Assembly (NCBI GenBank): GCA_016178685.1
Contig: JACOSU010000164.1
Location: 1-48,132 of the forward strand
Direction of reading: 5' to 3'
From: Candidatus Eiseniibacteriota bacterium
GTDB taxonomy: Bacteria; Eisenbacteria; RBG-16-71-46
Length of the DNA stretch: 48,132 bases
Shown here: positions 1 through 8,736 of the stretch, one piece after another
Layout of the letters: the number at the start of each line of letters is the position of its first letter
Numbering within the stretch: position 1 is the stretch's first letter
Program-made: the position numbers and the translations under genes
The notes under the pieces: generated by a model
What the model saw: the letters and a program-made list of their open reading frames with translations, nothing else
The model's database searches: none
What the model was told of the DNA's origin: nothing

Positions 1-1
1 C

Positions 2-1774
2 AAGTATCGCCCCCAGGTGTTCACCGACGTGGTCGGGCAGGACCACGTCTCGCGCGTGCTGGCGCGCGCCGTCGAGTCGGGCCGCATTGCGCACGCGTTC
101 CTGTTCACCGGGGCGCGCGGCGTGGGCAAGACCACCAGCGCCCGCATCCTCGCCAAGTCGCTCAACTGCCGCGAGCGGCTGTCGGGTGAGCGGAAGGGCC
201 CCGATCCCTGCAACCGCTGCACCAGTTGCCTCGAAATCACGAGCGGCGCCGCGCTCGATGTGACCGAGATTGACGGCGCTTCGAATCGAGGCATCGCGGA
301 CGTGCAGGCTCTGCGTGAGCGAGTGCGCTTCACGCCGACCGGCGGCGGCTACCGCGTGGTCATCATCGACGAAGTGCATCAGCTGTCGAACGACGCGTTC
401 GCCGCGCTCCTGAAGACGCTCGAAGAGCCGCCGCCGCACCTGGTGTTCGTATTCGCGACCACCGATCCCCAGAAGCTGCCCGACACCATCCGCTCGCGCA
501 CCCAGCGCTTCGACTTCGCGCGCGTTCCGCTGCGCAAGGTCGCCGACCGCGTCCTCGCGATTACCGAGCGCGAGAAGGCGGACCCCGAGGGCCTTCGCTT
601 CACGCTGACTGAGGACGCCGCTCTGCTGATCGCGCACAAGTCCGAGGGATCGATGCGCGATGCGGTGAGCGCGCTCGACCAGGTGATTTCGGCAGGGGAG
701 AGCGCGATCGATGCGGAACTGGTGCGGCGCGTGCTCGGGCTCGCGGATCGCGAAGTGTTCTTCGCGCTCGCTGGCGCGATCGTTACGCGGGATGCGAAAT
801 CGGCGCTGGCCGCGCTCCATCAGGCGTTCGACAAGGGCCTCGATGCGCGCGAGCTGGCCGAGGGGCTGGCCGAGCACGTGCGACACCTGTTGATCCTGAA
901 GGTGGATTCGGAGGGCGCGGACCTGGTGGCCGCGAGCCGCGAGGAGATCGCCCGCATGCGAGCGCAGGCCGCCGACTGGTCGGAAGGCGACCTGCTGCGG
1001 CTGCTGCGCATCGCCTCCGACGTGCAGTGGCCGCTGCGCGAGAGCCCGCAGCCTCTGATCCATCTCGAGGCCGCGGTGGTCCAGATGGCGACGCTCGAGC
1101 GCGGCGAAACGCTGGCCGAACTGATCGGCCGGTTGGAGGCGCTGGAGCAGCGGATGAGCGGCGGAACCGCCGCCCCGACGACACGAGGCGGAGTGCCAGC
1201 CGGAGGCACATTGCGCGGCCCTTCGAGCGGGTCCGCGCCGCAGAGCGAAGGCACATCGCGCGGGTCCGCGCCTCAGGCCGCCGCCGGCGGTTCCCCGCCG
1301 CGACGTTCGTCGGGCGGGCCGGTCGCGTTCGCGGTGGGAGAGAGCGCCGCGATCGCGGCGCCGGCGCCCGATTCCATCGGCACCGCGATCGCGGAAGCAT
1401 CGCCCGAGACCGAAGGGGATGCGGGCGAGGCCTGGAAGCGGGCGATCGAGGCGGTTGGAAGGCGCAAGCGCATGCTCGGCGCGTTTTTCGAAGCGTGCGC
1501 GCTGGCCGGGGTTTCCGACGGACGCATCGTGCTCGTGATGGACGATCTCCATCGTGCGGTGATCGAAGAGAAGGAGAATCGCGCGATCGCGACCGAAGAG
1601 ATCGCGAAGGCGTTCGGCCGGGCGCTGGTGCTGGAGTGCGTGGCGCCGGGCGAAGGAGCGGCGGCGCCGGCGCGCGCCCCCGATCTCCATCCGATGATCG
1701 AGAAGGCGATCCGCTGGTTCGAGGGCGACATCATCGAGCGTCGCGACCGCGGCACCGAAAGGAAGGGTGGATGA
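2..1774 (+). CDS. dnaX: DNA polymerase III subunit gamma/tau, 5' end cut by window edge
   Basis: The frame is open from nt 2 (KYRPQVFTDVVGQDHV...). It has AAA+ clamp-loader motifs GARGVGKTT (Walker A) and IIDEVHQLS (Walker B), the Cys cluster CNRCTSC and SRTQRF. It is followed by ybaB-recR as in most bacteria. Confidence 0.95.
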   Translation, partial: KYRPQVFTDVVGQDHVSRVLARAVESGRIAHAFLFTGARGVGKTTSARILAKSLNCRERLSGERKGPDPCNRCTSCLEITSGAALDVTEIDGASNRGIADVQALRERVRFTPTGGGYRVVIIDEVHQLSNDAFAALLKTLEEPPPHLVFVFATTDPQKLPDTIRSRTQRFDFARVPLRKVADRVLAITEREKADPEGLRFTLTEDAALLIAHKSEGSMRDAVSALDQVISAGESAIDAELVRRVLGLADREVFFALAGAIVTRDAKSALAALHQAFDKGLDARELAEGLAEHVRHLLILKVDSEGADLVAASREEIARMRAQAADWSEGDLLRLLRIASDVQWPLRESPQPLIHLEAAVVQMATLERGETLAELIGRLEALEQRMSGGTAAPTTRGGVPAGGTLRGPSSGSAPQSEGTSRGSAPQAAAGGSPPRRSSGGPVAFAVGESAAIAAPAPDSIGTAIAEASPETEGDAGEAWKRAIEAVGRRKRMLGAFFEACALAGVSDGRIVLVMDDLHRAVIEEKENRAIATEEIAKAFGRALVLECVAPGEGAAAPARAPDLHPMIEKAIRWFEGDIIERRDRGTERKGG

Positions 1775-2076
1775 AGAGCTTCGGCGACATGGTGAAACAG
1801 GCGCAGAAGATGCAGAAACAGATGGCCGATCTGCAGGCGGAACTGGCCGAGCGGCGCTACCCGGCGAGCGCGGGCGGCGGCGCGGTGGCCGCGGTGGTGG
1901 ACGGCAAGCAGATGCTGAAGGAGATCAAGATCCGGCCCGAAGCGCTCAACAACCACGACGCCTCGCTGCTCGCGGATCTGATCCTCGCCGCGGTCGGCGT
2001 AGCGCAGCGTGCCTCGGAGACCGAAATGAACGAGACGATCTCGAAGCTCACCGGCGGCTTCAAGCTGCCGTTCTGA
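1771..2076 (+). CDS. ybaB: YbaB/EbfC family nucleoid-associated protein
   Basis: 101 aa reading MKSFGDMVKQAQKMQKQMADLQAEL..., typical of YbaB. Its ATG overlaps the dnaX stop (ATGA). It sits in the conserved position between dnaX and recR. Confidence 0.9.
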   Translation: MKSFGDMVKQAQKMQKQMADLQAELAERRYPASAGGGAVAAVVDGKQMLKEIKIRPEALNNHDASLLADLILAAVGVAQRASETEMNETISKLTGGFKLPF

Positions 2077-2089
2077 CGCGCGGACCCCG

Positions 2090-2749
2090 GTGTACAGCTC
2101 GAAATATATCGAGCTCCTGATCGAGGAGCTGGTCAAGCTTCCGAGCATCGGCATGAAGAGCGCGCAACGCCTCGCGCTCCACATCCTGCGCGCCCCCCGC
2201 GAAGACGCGCTGCGCCTCGCCGAGGCGATCCGCGCGGTCAAGGAACGGGTCGGGTTCTGCTCGCTGTGCGGGAACTTCAGCGAAGAGGACCCATGCCGCA
2301 TGTGCACCGATCCCTCGCGCGACGCCGCTCTGCTGTGCGTGGTGGAGCAGCCGGGCGACGCCTTGGCGCTCGAGCGCACCGGGCAGTTCAAGGGCCGTTA
2401 TCACGTGCTGGGCGGCGCGCTGTCGCCGCTCGACGGAGTGAATCCCGACGCGCTGCGCATCCGCGAGCTGCTCGAGCGGATGCGCCCGACCGTGGTGCGT
2501 GAGACGGCGAGCGCCGCCACGCCCGCCACGCCTGGTACTGCGGGGGAGAAAGCGATCGCGGAGATCATCCTCGCCACCAATCCCAACGTCGCGGGCGAAG
2601 CCACCGCGCTCTACCTGTCCCGCCTGCTGGCGCCGCTCGGTGTGCGCATCACGCGCATCGCGCGCGGCGTGCCGATGGGATCCGACCTCGAGTACTCCGA
2701 CCTCGTCACGCTGGCGCGCGCGCTCGAAGGCCGGAGCGAAGTGGAATAG
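2090..2749 (+). CDS. recR: recombination protein RecR
   Basis: It has the HhH motif LPSIGMKSAQRLA, the Cys4 finger CSLCGNFSEEDPCRMC and the Toprim segment ILATNPNVAGEATA. The start is GTG. It carries a low-complexity insertion before the Toprim region. Confidence 0.93.
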   Translation: MYSSKYIELLIEELVKLPSIGMKSAQRLALHILRAPREDALRLAEAIRAVKERVGFCSLCGNFSEEDPCRMCTDPSRDAALLCVVEQPGDALALERTGQFKGRYHVLGGALSPLDGVNPDALRIRELLERMRPTVVRETASAATPATPGTAGEKAIAEIILATNPNVAGEATALYLSRLLAPLGVRITRIARGVPMGSDLEYSDLVTLARALEGRSEVE

Positions 2750-2774
2750 TCCGCGCCTTCAGGCCAGCGGCGAC

Positions 2775-3845
2775 ATGCTCGATACCTTCGGATTCCTGTC
2801 CATTCTGCTGCTGGTGGCGCTCAACGCGTATTTTGTGGCGGCCGAGTACGCGCTGGTGACGGTGCGCTGGACGCGCGTCGAAGAGCTGGCGGATCGCGGC
2901 GTGTACGGAGCGGGCGCGGTGCGCTACGCGATCGAGCACAAGAGCGACGTGATCGCCACCACCCAGCTGGGCGTGACGCTCGCGAGCCTCGGCCTGGGCT
3001 GGATCGGAGAGCCGGTGCTGGCGCGCGACGTGCATCCGTTGGTCGCGGCGCTGCCGATCGGATGGAGCGTAGCGGTGGCGCACGGCGTCGCGATCGCGAT
3101 CGCGTTCCTCGCCATCACCTACCTGCACGTGGTTCTGGGCGAACTCGCGCCCAAGGCGGTGGCGCTTCAGCGCTCCGAGGCGGTGGCGCTGGTCCTGACC
3201 GCGCCGCTGCTCGCGTTCGCGCGCGTCGCGCGTCCATTGATCTCGCTGATGCGCACCTCCGGCACCCTGGTCGTGAGGCTGCTGCGGCTTCCGCCCCCCA
3301 CTCCCGAGCAGTCCGTGCACTCGGTCGAAGAACTCGACATGCTGGTCGAAGAAACCGAGGAGGCGGGCGTCATGTCGTCCGATCAGGCCAGCTACGTGCG
3401 CAACGTATTCGAACTCTCGGACAAGCGGGTGCGCGACGTCATGGTGCCGCGTGACAAGGTCGTGACGCTTTCGCTCGCCGCGTCGGAAGACGAAGTGCTC
3501 GAGACCGCGCGCGACACCGCGCACACCCGCATGCCGGTGTGGGAGGGAGAACCCGACAACGTGGTCGGAATCGTCAATACCAAGGACCTGTTCCATCTGT
3601 TCAGCCTCCGGGGGCTGGTGATCCTGATGGACGCCATGTACCCGCCGCTGTTCGTGGATCCCGACGCTTCGGTCGCGCGGGTCCTGCTGCGCCTGCGGCG
3701 CGAGAAGAAGGCGATGGCCGTGGTGCGCGAGCGCGGCGGACGATTCCTCGGGATCGTCACGCTCGAGGACATCCTCGAGGAGATTGTCGGCGAGATCGAG
3801 GACGAACACGATCAGCCCGACCCGCCCCAGGCGCAGCCGATGTAG
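2775..3845 (+). CDS. CNNM/DUF21 transmembrane domain plus CBS-pair protein (TlyC/CorB-like)
   Basis: The N-terminus LNAYFVAAEYALVTVR with the following TM helices is characteristic of DUF21, and CBS-pair-like sequence follows. ATG at 2775 was chosen because the upstream part of ORF 2499.. overlaps recR. Confidence 0.8.
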   Translation: MLDTFGFLSILLLVALNAYFVAAEYALVTVRWTRVEELADRGVYGAGAVRYAIEHKSDVIATTQLGVTLASLGLGWIGEPVLARDVHPLVAALPIGWSVAVAHGVAIAIAFLAITYLHVVLGELAPKAVALQRSEAVALVLTAPLLAFARVARPLISLMRTSGTLVVRLLRLPPPTPEQSVHSVEELDMLVEETEEAGVMSSDQASYVRNVFELSDKRVRDVMVPRDKVVTLSLAASEDEVLETARDTAHTRMPVWEGEPDNVVGIVNTKDLFHLFSLRGLVILMDAMYPPLFVDPDASVARVLLRLRREKKAMAVVRERGGRFLGIVTLEDILEEIVGEIEDEHDQPDPPQAQPM

Positions 3846-4054
3846 GCGTGCGCGTCCGATCGAGTGCCCGCAGACGATCGGGCGTCCCCCGCGCGAAGGA
3901 ATCGCCCCAATTCTCCACCTCGACGCCCGCTCTTCCGGTCTAGTTCAATCTTTGCTTGCGGTTCCGCGGGGCGCGTGCTATCCCTCGCGCCGGAACACGG
4001 ACGTGCCCGGAGTCTCCCTCGGTAACCCATAACCGCCGGAGTGCGGGGGGTGCC

Positions 4055-4540
4055 ATGCCTCAGTGGACTCTGTTCGAAAATGATTTTCGATCGATCGATC
4101 AGGTGCTCAACGAGTTGCTGGAGCGCACGAATGCGCTGTCCGCGCACCTCGTGGACCGCTCCGGCCAGCTCATCACCACGGCCGGGCGCACCGCCGACTT
4201 CGACGCCACGGCGTTCGCGAGCCTGATCGCCGCCGACTTCACCGCCAACGCGGAATTGTCGCAGTTGCTGGGCGATCCCTCGGTCGAAGCCGTGGTCAGC
4301 GAGGGCAAGTCGCGTTCCGTGCACTCCTGCATGCTGGCCGAGCGCGTCATCATGTGCACGGTGTTCGATCGCCGAAGCACCTTGGGGCTGGTGCGCTTCC
4401 GCGCCCAGCGCGCCTGCCAGGAACTCGATCTGGTGTTCCGGGCGCTGTTCGAAAAGGTGGGTCTGATCGAGCCGGCCCCGGGTGGGCACGAGTTCGTCGA
4501 CGCGGCCGGGCGCGAGGTGGACGCCCTGTTCGGCGAGTAG
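4055..4540 (+). CDS. mglB: Roadblock/LC7 domain protein, MglB-like GTPase-activating partner
   Basis: 161 aa of the size and composition of Roadblock/LC7 proteins (LVDRSGQLITTAG...). It lies immediately upstream of an unmistakable mglA, the same order as in Myxococcus. Confidence 0.72.
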   Translation: MPQWTLFENDFRSIDQVLNELLERTNALSAHLVDRSGQLITTAGRTADFDATAFASLIAADFTANAELSQLLGDPSVEAVVSEGKSRSVHSCMLAERVIMCTVFDRRSTLGLVRFRAQRACQELDLVFRALFEKVGLIEPAPGGHEFVDAAGREVDALFGE

Positions 4541-4585
4541 CGCGCCGCGATCGCGCGACGCGCCGGAGCCGCACCGGGAGGCCGC

Positions 4586-5422
4586 ATGGCGCTCATCAAC
4601 CACCGTTCGCGCGAGATCCATTTCAAGATCGTCTACGTCGGTCCGGGCCTGGGGGGCAAGACCACCAACCTCCAGATGCTGCACGACCGCCTGCCCGCCG
4701 AGCGGCGCGGCAGGTTGATCTCGATCTCGACCGACCACGAGCGCACGCTGTTCTTTGACTTTCTTCCGATCGATCTCGGCCAGGTGAACGGGTTCCTCAC
4801 CCGCTTTCATCTTTATACCGTGCCCGGACAGGTCTACTATCGCCTGTCGCGCCGCGTCGTTCTGCAGGGACTCGACGGCCTGGTGTTCGTGGCGGACTCG
4901 CACCCGGCGCGCGAACAGGCGAATCTCGAGTCGCTGTCGGACACGGGCTCCCATCTCGAGACGCTCGGCCTGACGAGCGAACAACTGCGCCGCCTGCCGT
5001 GGGTATTCCAGTACAACAAGCGTGATCTTCCCTCGGCGCTCGCGGTCGAGCGCATGCGCGCGGCGCTGAATCCCGCGGGGGCGCCCGATTTCGAATCGGT
5101 GGCGCGCGAAGGCCGCGGCGTATCGGAAACGCTGCGCGCGTCCTGCAAGGCGGTGCTGGCGCGCCTCGCCGGCGAAATGACGGCGGCGCGAGTGGCCGCG
5201 CCCGGGGCTGTCGCCGGTGGGCAGGGAGCGGGAGCGAACACGCCCGCCGCGCCGGCGGTGCGCGCCGCCATCGCGACCGCTCCCTTCGGGCCATCATCCT
5301 TCGGCCCGTCGGTCGCGCGTCCGAATCTTCCCCAGCCGCGGATCGCGACCGCGCCGCGCCGCTATCCGAAGGACGTCCGGCGAACGTGGCCGCCCGCAGG
5401 CCCCGGCCTCTTCCGCACATGA
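4586..5422 (+). CDS. mglA: Ras-like GTPase MglA with an ~85-aa Ala/Pro-rich C-terminal extension
   Basis: Close collinear match to my memory of M. xanthus MglA: INHRSREIHFKIVYVGPGLGGKTTNL, ERTLFFDFLP, RFHLYTVPGQVYY, LVFVADS, FQYNKRDLP. Confidence 0.88.
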   Translation: MALINHRSREIHFKIVYVGPGLGGKTTNLQMLHDRLPAERRGRLISISTDHERTLFFDFLPIDLGQVNGFLTRFHLYTVPGQVYYRLSRRVVLQGLDGLVFVADSHPAREQANLESLSDTGSHLETLGLTSEQLRRLPWVFQYNKRDLPSALAVERMRAALNPAGAPDFESVAREGRGVSETLRASCKAVLARLAGEMTAARVAAPGAVAGGQGAGANTPAAPAVRAAIATAPFGPSSFGPSVARPNLPQPRIATAPRRYPKDVRRTWPPAGPGLFRT

Positions 5423-5506
5423 CGCAGCCCGCGCGCTGCCCGGTGCGATCGTGAACTCATTCGCACGGTCTCTGGCAGCGATCGGCCGCTCGAGCCGCGC
5501 CCTCTC

Positions 5507-5974
5507 ATGAAATCGTTCGCGCGATTTCTCGCCACGCTCGGTCCCACCGGATCCGCGCCGATCGCACCCGCCACCGCCGGGAGCGCGCTGGTCGCGGCGT
5601 GCGGCTGGTTCATTCCGCCGCCCGCGCTGCCGGTCACGATCGCGCTGCTGGTGGTCGCGACCGCGATCGCGGTATGGGCCGCGGGCGAAGCCGAGAAGCA
5701 GCTCGGCCGCGACGCCAGTCCGATCGTGATCGACGAGGCGATCGGACAGAGCCTGGCGCTGCTGTTCGTCCCGCACACCATCCCGGCCTTCGCGCTGTCG
5801 TTCGTGCTGTTTCGAATCTTCGACATCTGGAAGCCGCTCGGCGCACGCGAGATTCAGGCGCTGCCGGGGGGCCTTGGCGTGGTGGCCGACGACGTCATCG
5901 CCGGCTTCACCGCGTGCGGCGTGTTTCACCTGATCGCGTTCGCGCTCCATCGCACGGGGCTGCACGCGTTCTGA
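5507..5974 (+). CDS. pgpA: phosphatidylglycerophosphatase A
   Basis: 155 aa with PgpA-like segments GPTGSAPIAPATAGSA, IVIDEAIGQ and FRIFDIWKP. Confidence 0.85.
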   Translation: MKSFARFLATLGPTGSAPIAPATAGSALVAACGWFIPPPALPVTIALLVVATAIAVWAAGEAEKQLGRDASPIVIDEAIGQSLALLFVPHTIPAFALSFVLFRIFDIWKPLGAREIQALPGGLGVVADDVIAGFTACGVFHLIAFALHRTGLHAF

Positions 5975-6043
5975 GGTTTCGTAGCCCGCCCGAGGCGCGA
6001 ACCCTTCGTGTCGTTGGGCGGGAGCTTCAAGGAGGAGGACGTC

Positions 6044-6472
6044 ATGGGCAAGATCAACACCATGAAGGTGATCCTGGGCGGTCTGGTGGCGGGCCTGGTG
6101 ATGAACGTCATCGACTACATCGTCAACATGCCGATGCTGGGAGCGCGTTGGATGAGCGAGACCAACGCGCTTCACTTGGCGAATCCACCTTCGGCCGGCA
6201 TGTCGGCGATGGGATGGATCATCTCTGACCTGCTGCTGGGATGGCTGGCCCTGTGGGTCTACGCCGGGATTCGCCCGCGCTTCGGGCCCGGACCGGCCAC
6301 CGCGATCAAGGCCGGGCTCACTGTGTGGGCGATCTCGTCCATCGCCTACTCGTCGTTCTGCTTCATGGGACTCTACTCGCACGCGCTGGTGGTCCAGTGC
6401 GCGCTGGGCGGGTTGGTGGCGAAGGTCGTGGGCACGTGGGTGGGGGCAATGATCTACTCGGAGCAGGCATAG
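6044..6472 (+). CDS. hypothetical small integral membrane protein (~4 TM)
   Basis: High GC3 and four hydrophobic helices. AAGGAGGAGG sits 5 nt upstream of ATG 6044. I recognise no family. Confidence 0.55.
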   Translation: MGKINTMKVILGGLVAGLVMNVIDYIVNMPMLGARWMSETNALHLANPPSAGMSAMGWIISDLLLGWLALWVYAGIRPRFGPGPATAIKAGLTVWAISSIAYSSFCFMGLYSHALVVQCALGGLVAKVVGTWVGAMIYSEQA

Positions 6473-6507
6473 CGCGGAATTCAGAGGACCCCGCCCCAGG
6501 TCGCGTC

Positions 6508-6644
6508 GGGGAGCAGCGAGAGGAGTGCAGGGAGGCTCTCGAGACGTGCCGTAGCCAGGATGGCGGAGGCGCGTCGAGAGCAGCGAGGATTCGGCGGGAT
6601 GCCGAATCCGAGCGGGCCTCGCTGCGCTCCTCTCGCTGCTCCCC
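6508..6644. repeat. 137-nt nested palindromic element
   Basis: Perfect 18-bp inverted repeat: GGGGAGCAGCGAGAGGAG (6508-6525) against CTCCTCTCGCTGCTCCCC (6627-6644). It encloses a perfect 9-bp hairpin, GGATTCGGC (6587-6595) / GCCGAATCC (6601-6609), and a second copy of GAGCAGCGAG (6578-6587). Confidence 0.85.
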
Positions 6645-6650
6645 CGCGCG

Positions 6651-6710
6651 TGCTGCGGTGGCCCGCCGCGTGCCGAGGTGGCCCGCCGCGCGCTGCGGCG
6701 GCCCGCTCGC
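6651..6710. repeat. 3 x 20-nt imperfect tandem repeat just upstream of cinA
   Basis: The units are tgctgcggtggcccgccgcg, tgccgaggtggcccgccgcg and cgctgcggcggcccgctcgc. The first two match at 18/20. Confidence 0.75.
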
Positions 6711-6728
6711 CCTGCTATCCTGCGACTC

Positions 6729-7988
6729 ATGCAGGTCGAGATCGTCACCATCGGCAACGAAGTGCTCTCGGGCCGCACGCTCGACACCAACTTCGCGTTT
6801 CTGGCGCGCGCGCTCGAAGAGGCGAGCGTGCAGGTGGGCTGGCACACCACCGTGAGCGACGACGCCGGGCGCATCGCGGAAGGTCTTGCGCGAGCGCTCG
6901 AGCGCGCCGAGGCGGTCGTCATGACGGGTGGCCTGGGGCCCACGCCCGATGATGTCACGCGAAGCGCGGTCGCGGCCGCGCTCCAACGCCCGCTCGAACT
7001 CGACGAATCCGTGCTCGCATCGATCCGAGAACGCGTGAGCCGGCTGGGACGCATGCTCCCGGCGTCGGTGGAATCGCAGGCGCGCGTGCCGCGCGGCGCG
7101 CTCGCATGGCCCAATCGTCTTGGCACCGCGCCCGGACTGCTGATCGAACACCACGGCAAGCCGGTCGTGCTGCTGCCCGGCGTTCCGAACGAGATGGAAT
7201 CCCTGGCGCGCGAATTCCTGGTGCCGTACCTGCGCAAGAAGACCGGGCGCGCGGTCGAGAGCGTGACGCTGCGCACGTACGGCGTGTTCGAGAGCATGCT
7301 CGAGGAGCGGATCGGCGCGCTCCCCGAGAAGTGGCCGGGGGCGACGCTCGCGTACCTGCCGGGCTGGCTGGGCGTGGACCTGCGCGTGACCGTGAGCGGC
7401 GACGACGCCGGGACGGTGGGCCAGGTGTTGCGGCGCGCGTGCGGGGAACTGCTCGCGGTGGTGCGCGGCGTGGTGTACGCCGAGGGCGCGTCCGGCATGG
7501 AAGAAGCCGTGGGCGAACTGCTGATCCGGAGCGGACAGCGCATCGCGATCGCCGAATCGTGCACCGGAGGTCTGCTCGCCAAGCGACTGACCGACACACC
7601 CGGTTCCTCTCGTTACGTCGAGCGCGGATTCGTCACGTATTCGAATCGATCGAAGATCGAGTTGCTGGGCGTCGAGGAGGCGGTGCTCGAAGCCCACGGC
7701 GCGGTAAGCGCAGAGGTCGCCGGGCAGATGGCGATCGGGGCGGCGAAGCGCGCGGGCGTCGAGATCGGCGTGGGCCTGACGGGCGTCGCCGGGCCCGATG
7801 GCGGAAGCGACGAGAAGCCGGTCGGCACCGTGTTCATCGCAGTCGCCGATCCGGCGGGTCACGCCCTGCGCAAGCTGCGATTGATCGGGACGCGCGCCGC
7901 GATCCGCGAACGGAGCGCGCAGGCCGCCCTCGACCTCGTGCGGCGCCGGCTCGCGGGGCTGCCGCTCGAACCGTCGCTGGATCCATGA
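6729..7988 (+). CDS. cinA: competence/damage-inducible protein CinA (MoCF-like N-domain plus PncC-type NMN amidohydrolase C-domain)
   Basis: MQVEIVTIGNEVLSGRTLDTN..., MTGGLGPTPDD and the C-terminal ESCTGGLLA ... GLTGVAGP motifs. It sits in the cinA-thpR-recA neighbourhood. Confidence 0.9.
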   Translation: MQVEIVTIGNEVLSGRTLDTNFAFLARALEEASVQVGWHTTVSDDAGRIAEGLARALERAEAVVMTGGLGPTPDDVTRSAVAAALQRPLELDESVLASIRERVSRLGRMLPASVESQARVPRGALAWPNRLGTAPGLLIEHHGKPVVLLPGVPNEMESLAREFLVPYLRKKTGRAVESVTLRTYGVFESMLEERIGALPEKWPGATLAYLPGWLGVDLRVTVSGDDAGTVGQVLRRACGELLAVVRGVVYAEGASGMEEAVGELLIRSGQRIAIAESCTGGLLAKRLTDTPGSSRYVERGFVTYSNRSKIELLGVEEAVLEAHGAVSAEVAGQMAIGAAKRAGVEIGVGLTGVAGPDGGSDEKPVGTVFIAVADPAGHALRKLRLIGTRAAIRERSAQAALDLVRRRLAGLPLEPSLDP

Positions 7989-8091
7989 GGCGCCGCGCGA
8001 TGCGATCACGGGCGGCCGCCGTGCGCGCGGCACGCGCGAGGCCCGCGCTCGACCGTCGCGCGACGTCATCCGCCGGCTGAGCCTTCCCGCC

Positions 8092-8655
8092 ATGCGCGTT
8101 TTTCTCGCGGTCTTTCCGCCGCCCGAAGCGCAGGCCGCGGCCGTGGCCGTGATCGAGGCCTTGCGCTGGCCGGGAGATGGAGTTTCGTGGGTGCGCGAGC
8201 AGAACCTTCATTTCACGCTGCGCTTTCTCGGCGAGATCGGAGCGGACGGCCTCGGCCGCGCGAGCGAGGCGGCGCGCGAAGCGGTGGCCGGGCGGCAGAG
8301 TTTCGACGTCGCGCTCGGTGCACCCGGCGCGTTCCCGAGCTCGGCACGGTCGCGCGTGCTGTGGCTCGGGCTCTCGAGCGGATCGGAGGAGCTGACCGCG
8401 CTGGCGCAGGATCTGGATCTGACGCTCGCGCGGCGTGGATTCGGCCATGCCGCCCGCCCGTTCTCGCCGCATCTGACGCTCGGGCGCGTTCGCCAGCCGG
8501 GGCGGGACTGGACCGCGCCGCTCGCCGCCGCGAATTCGCTGGAAACTTGGGCCCATGCGCGGTTCACTGTGCGTCACATCGCCAGCGTGGAAAGCACGCT
8601 GTCACCGCGGGGATCGACCTATCGTGTCGCGGATGAGGCTCCGCTCGAAGCGTAG
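8092..8655 (+). CDS. thpR: RNA 2',3'-cyclic phosphodiesterase (2H phosphoesterase, LigT/ThpR)
   Basis: Two HxT motifs (HFTLRF and HLTLGR) at the expected spacing. 187 aa. Confidence 0.85.
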   Translation: MRVFLAVFPPPEAQAAAVAVIEALRWPGDGVSWVREQNLHFTLRFLGEIGADGLGRASEAAREAVAGRQSFDVALGAPGAFPSSARSRVLWLGLSSGSEELTALAQDLDLTLARRGFGHAARPFSPHLTLGRVRQPGRDWTAPLAAANSLETWAHARFTVRHIASVESTLSPRGSTYRVADEAPLEA

Positions 8656-8736
8656 CCGCGGGCAGCCCCGTTCAATTGCTACCGTACTCGGCAGGAGGCG
8701 CCCGGCCCAGCGCGCACGGGCGCCGAGGAGGGTGCC

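Noticed and set aside
2-1774. Looked for a dnaX programmed frameshift or slippage site (A-rich heptamer such as A AAA AAG, or an A-run) that would generate a gamma subunit.
   Set aside because: I could see no run of five or more A residues in the gene, so there is no evidence for the E. coli or Thermus-type mechanisms. This was only a by-eye scan.
6651-6710. Considered whether the 20-nt repeats here and at 45191-45310 could be a degenerate CRISPR array.
   Set aside because: The units are contiguous with no spacers, there are only ~3-5 copies, they are too short, and no cas genes are present.
5294-8093. Very long minus-strand ORFs (767 aa at 5294..7597 and 576 aa at 6363..8093). Similar ones occur at 10954..12777, 38724..40541, 40234..41604 and 42079..43842.
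   Set aside because: They lie antisense to, or out of frame with, genes that have unambiguous family motifs (pgpA, cinA, recA, selA, smc). Their translations are Arg/Pro/Ala/Gly-rich low complexity. Stop codons are simply rare in non-coding frames of DNA this GC-rich.
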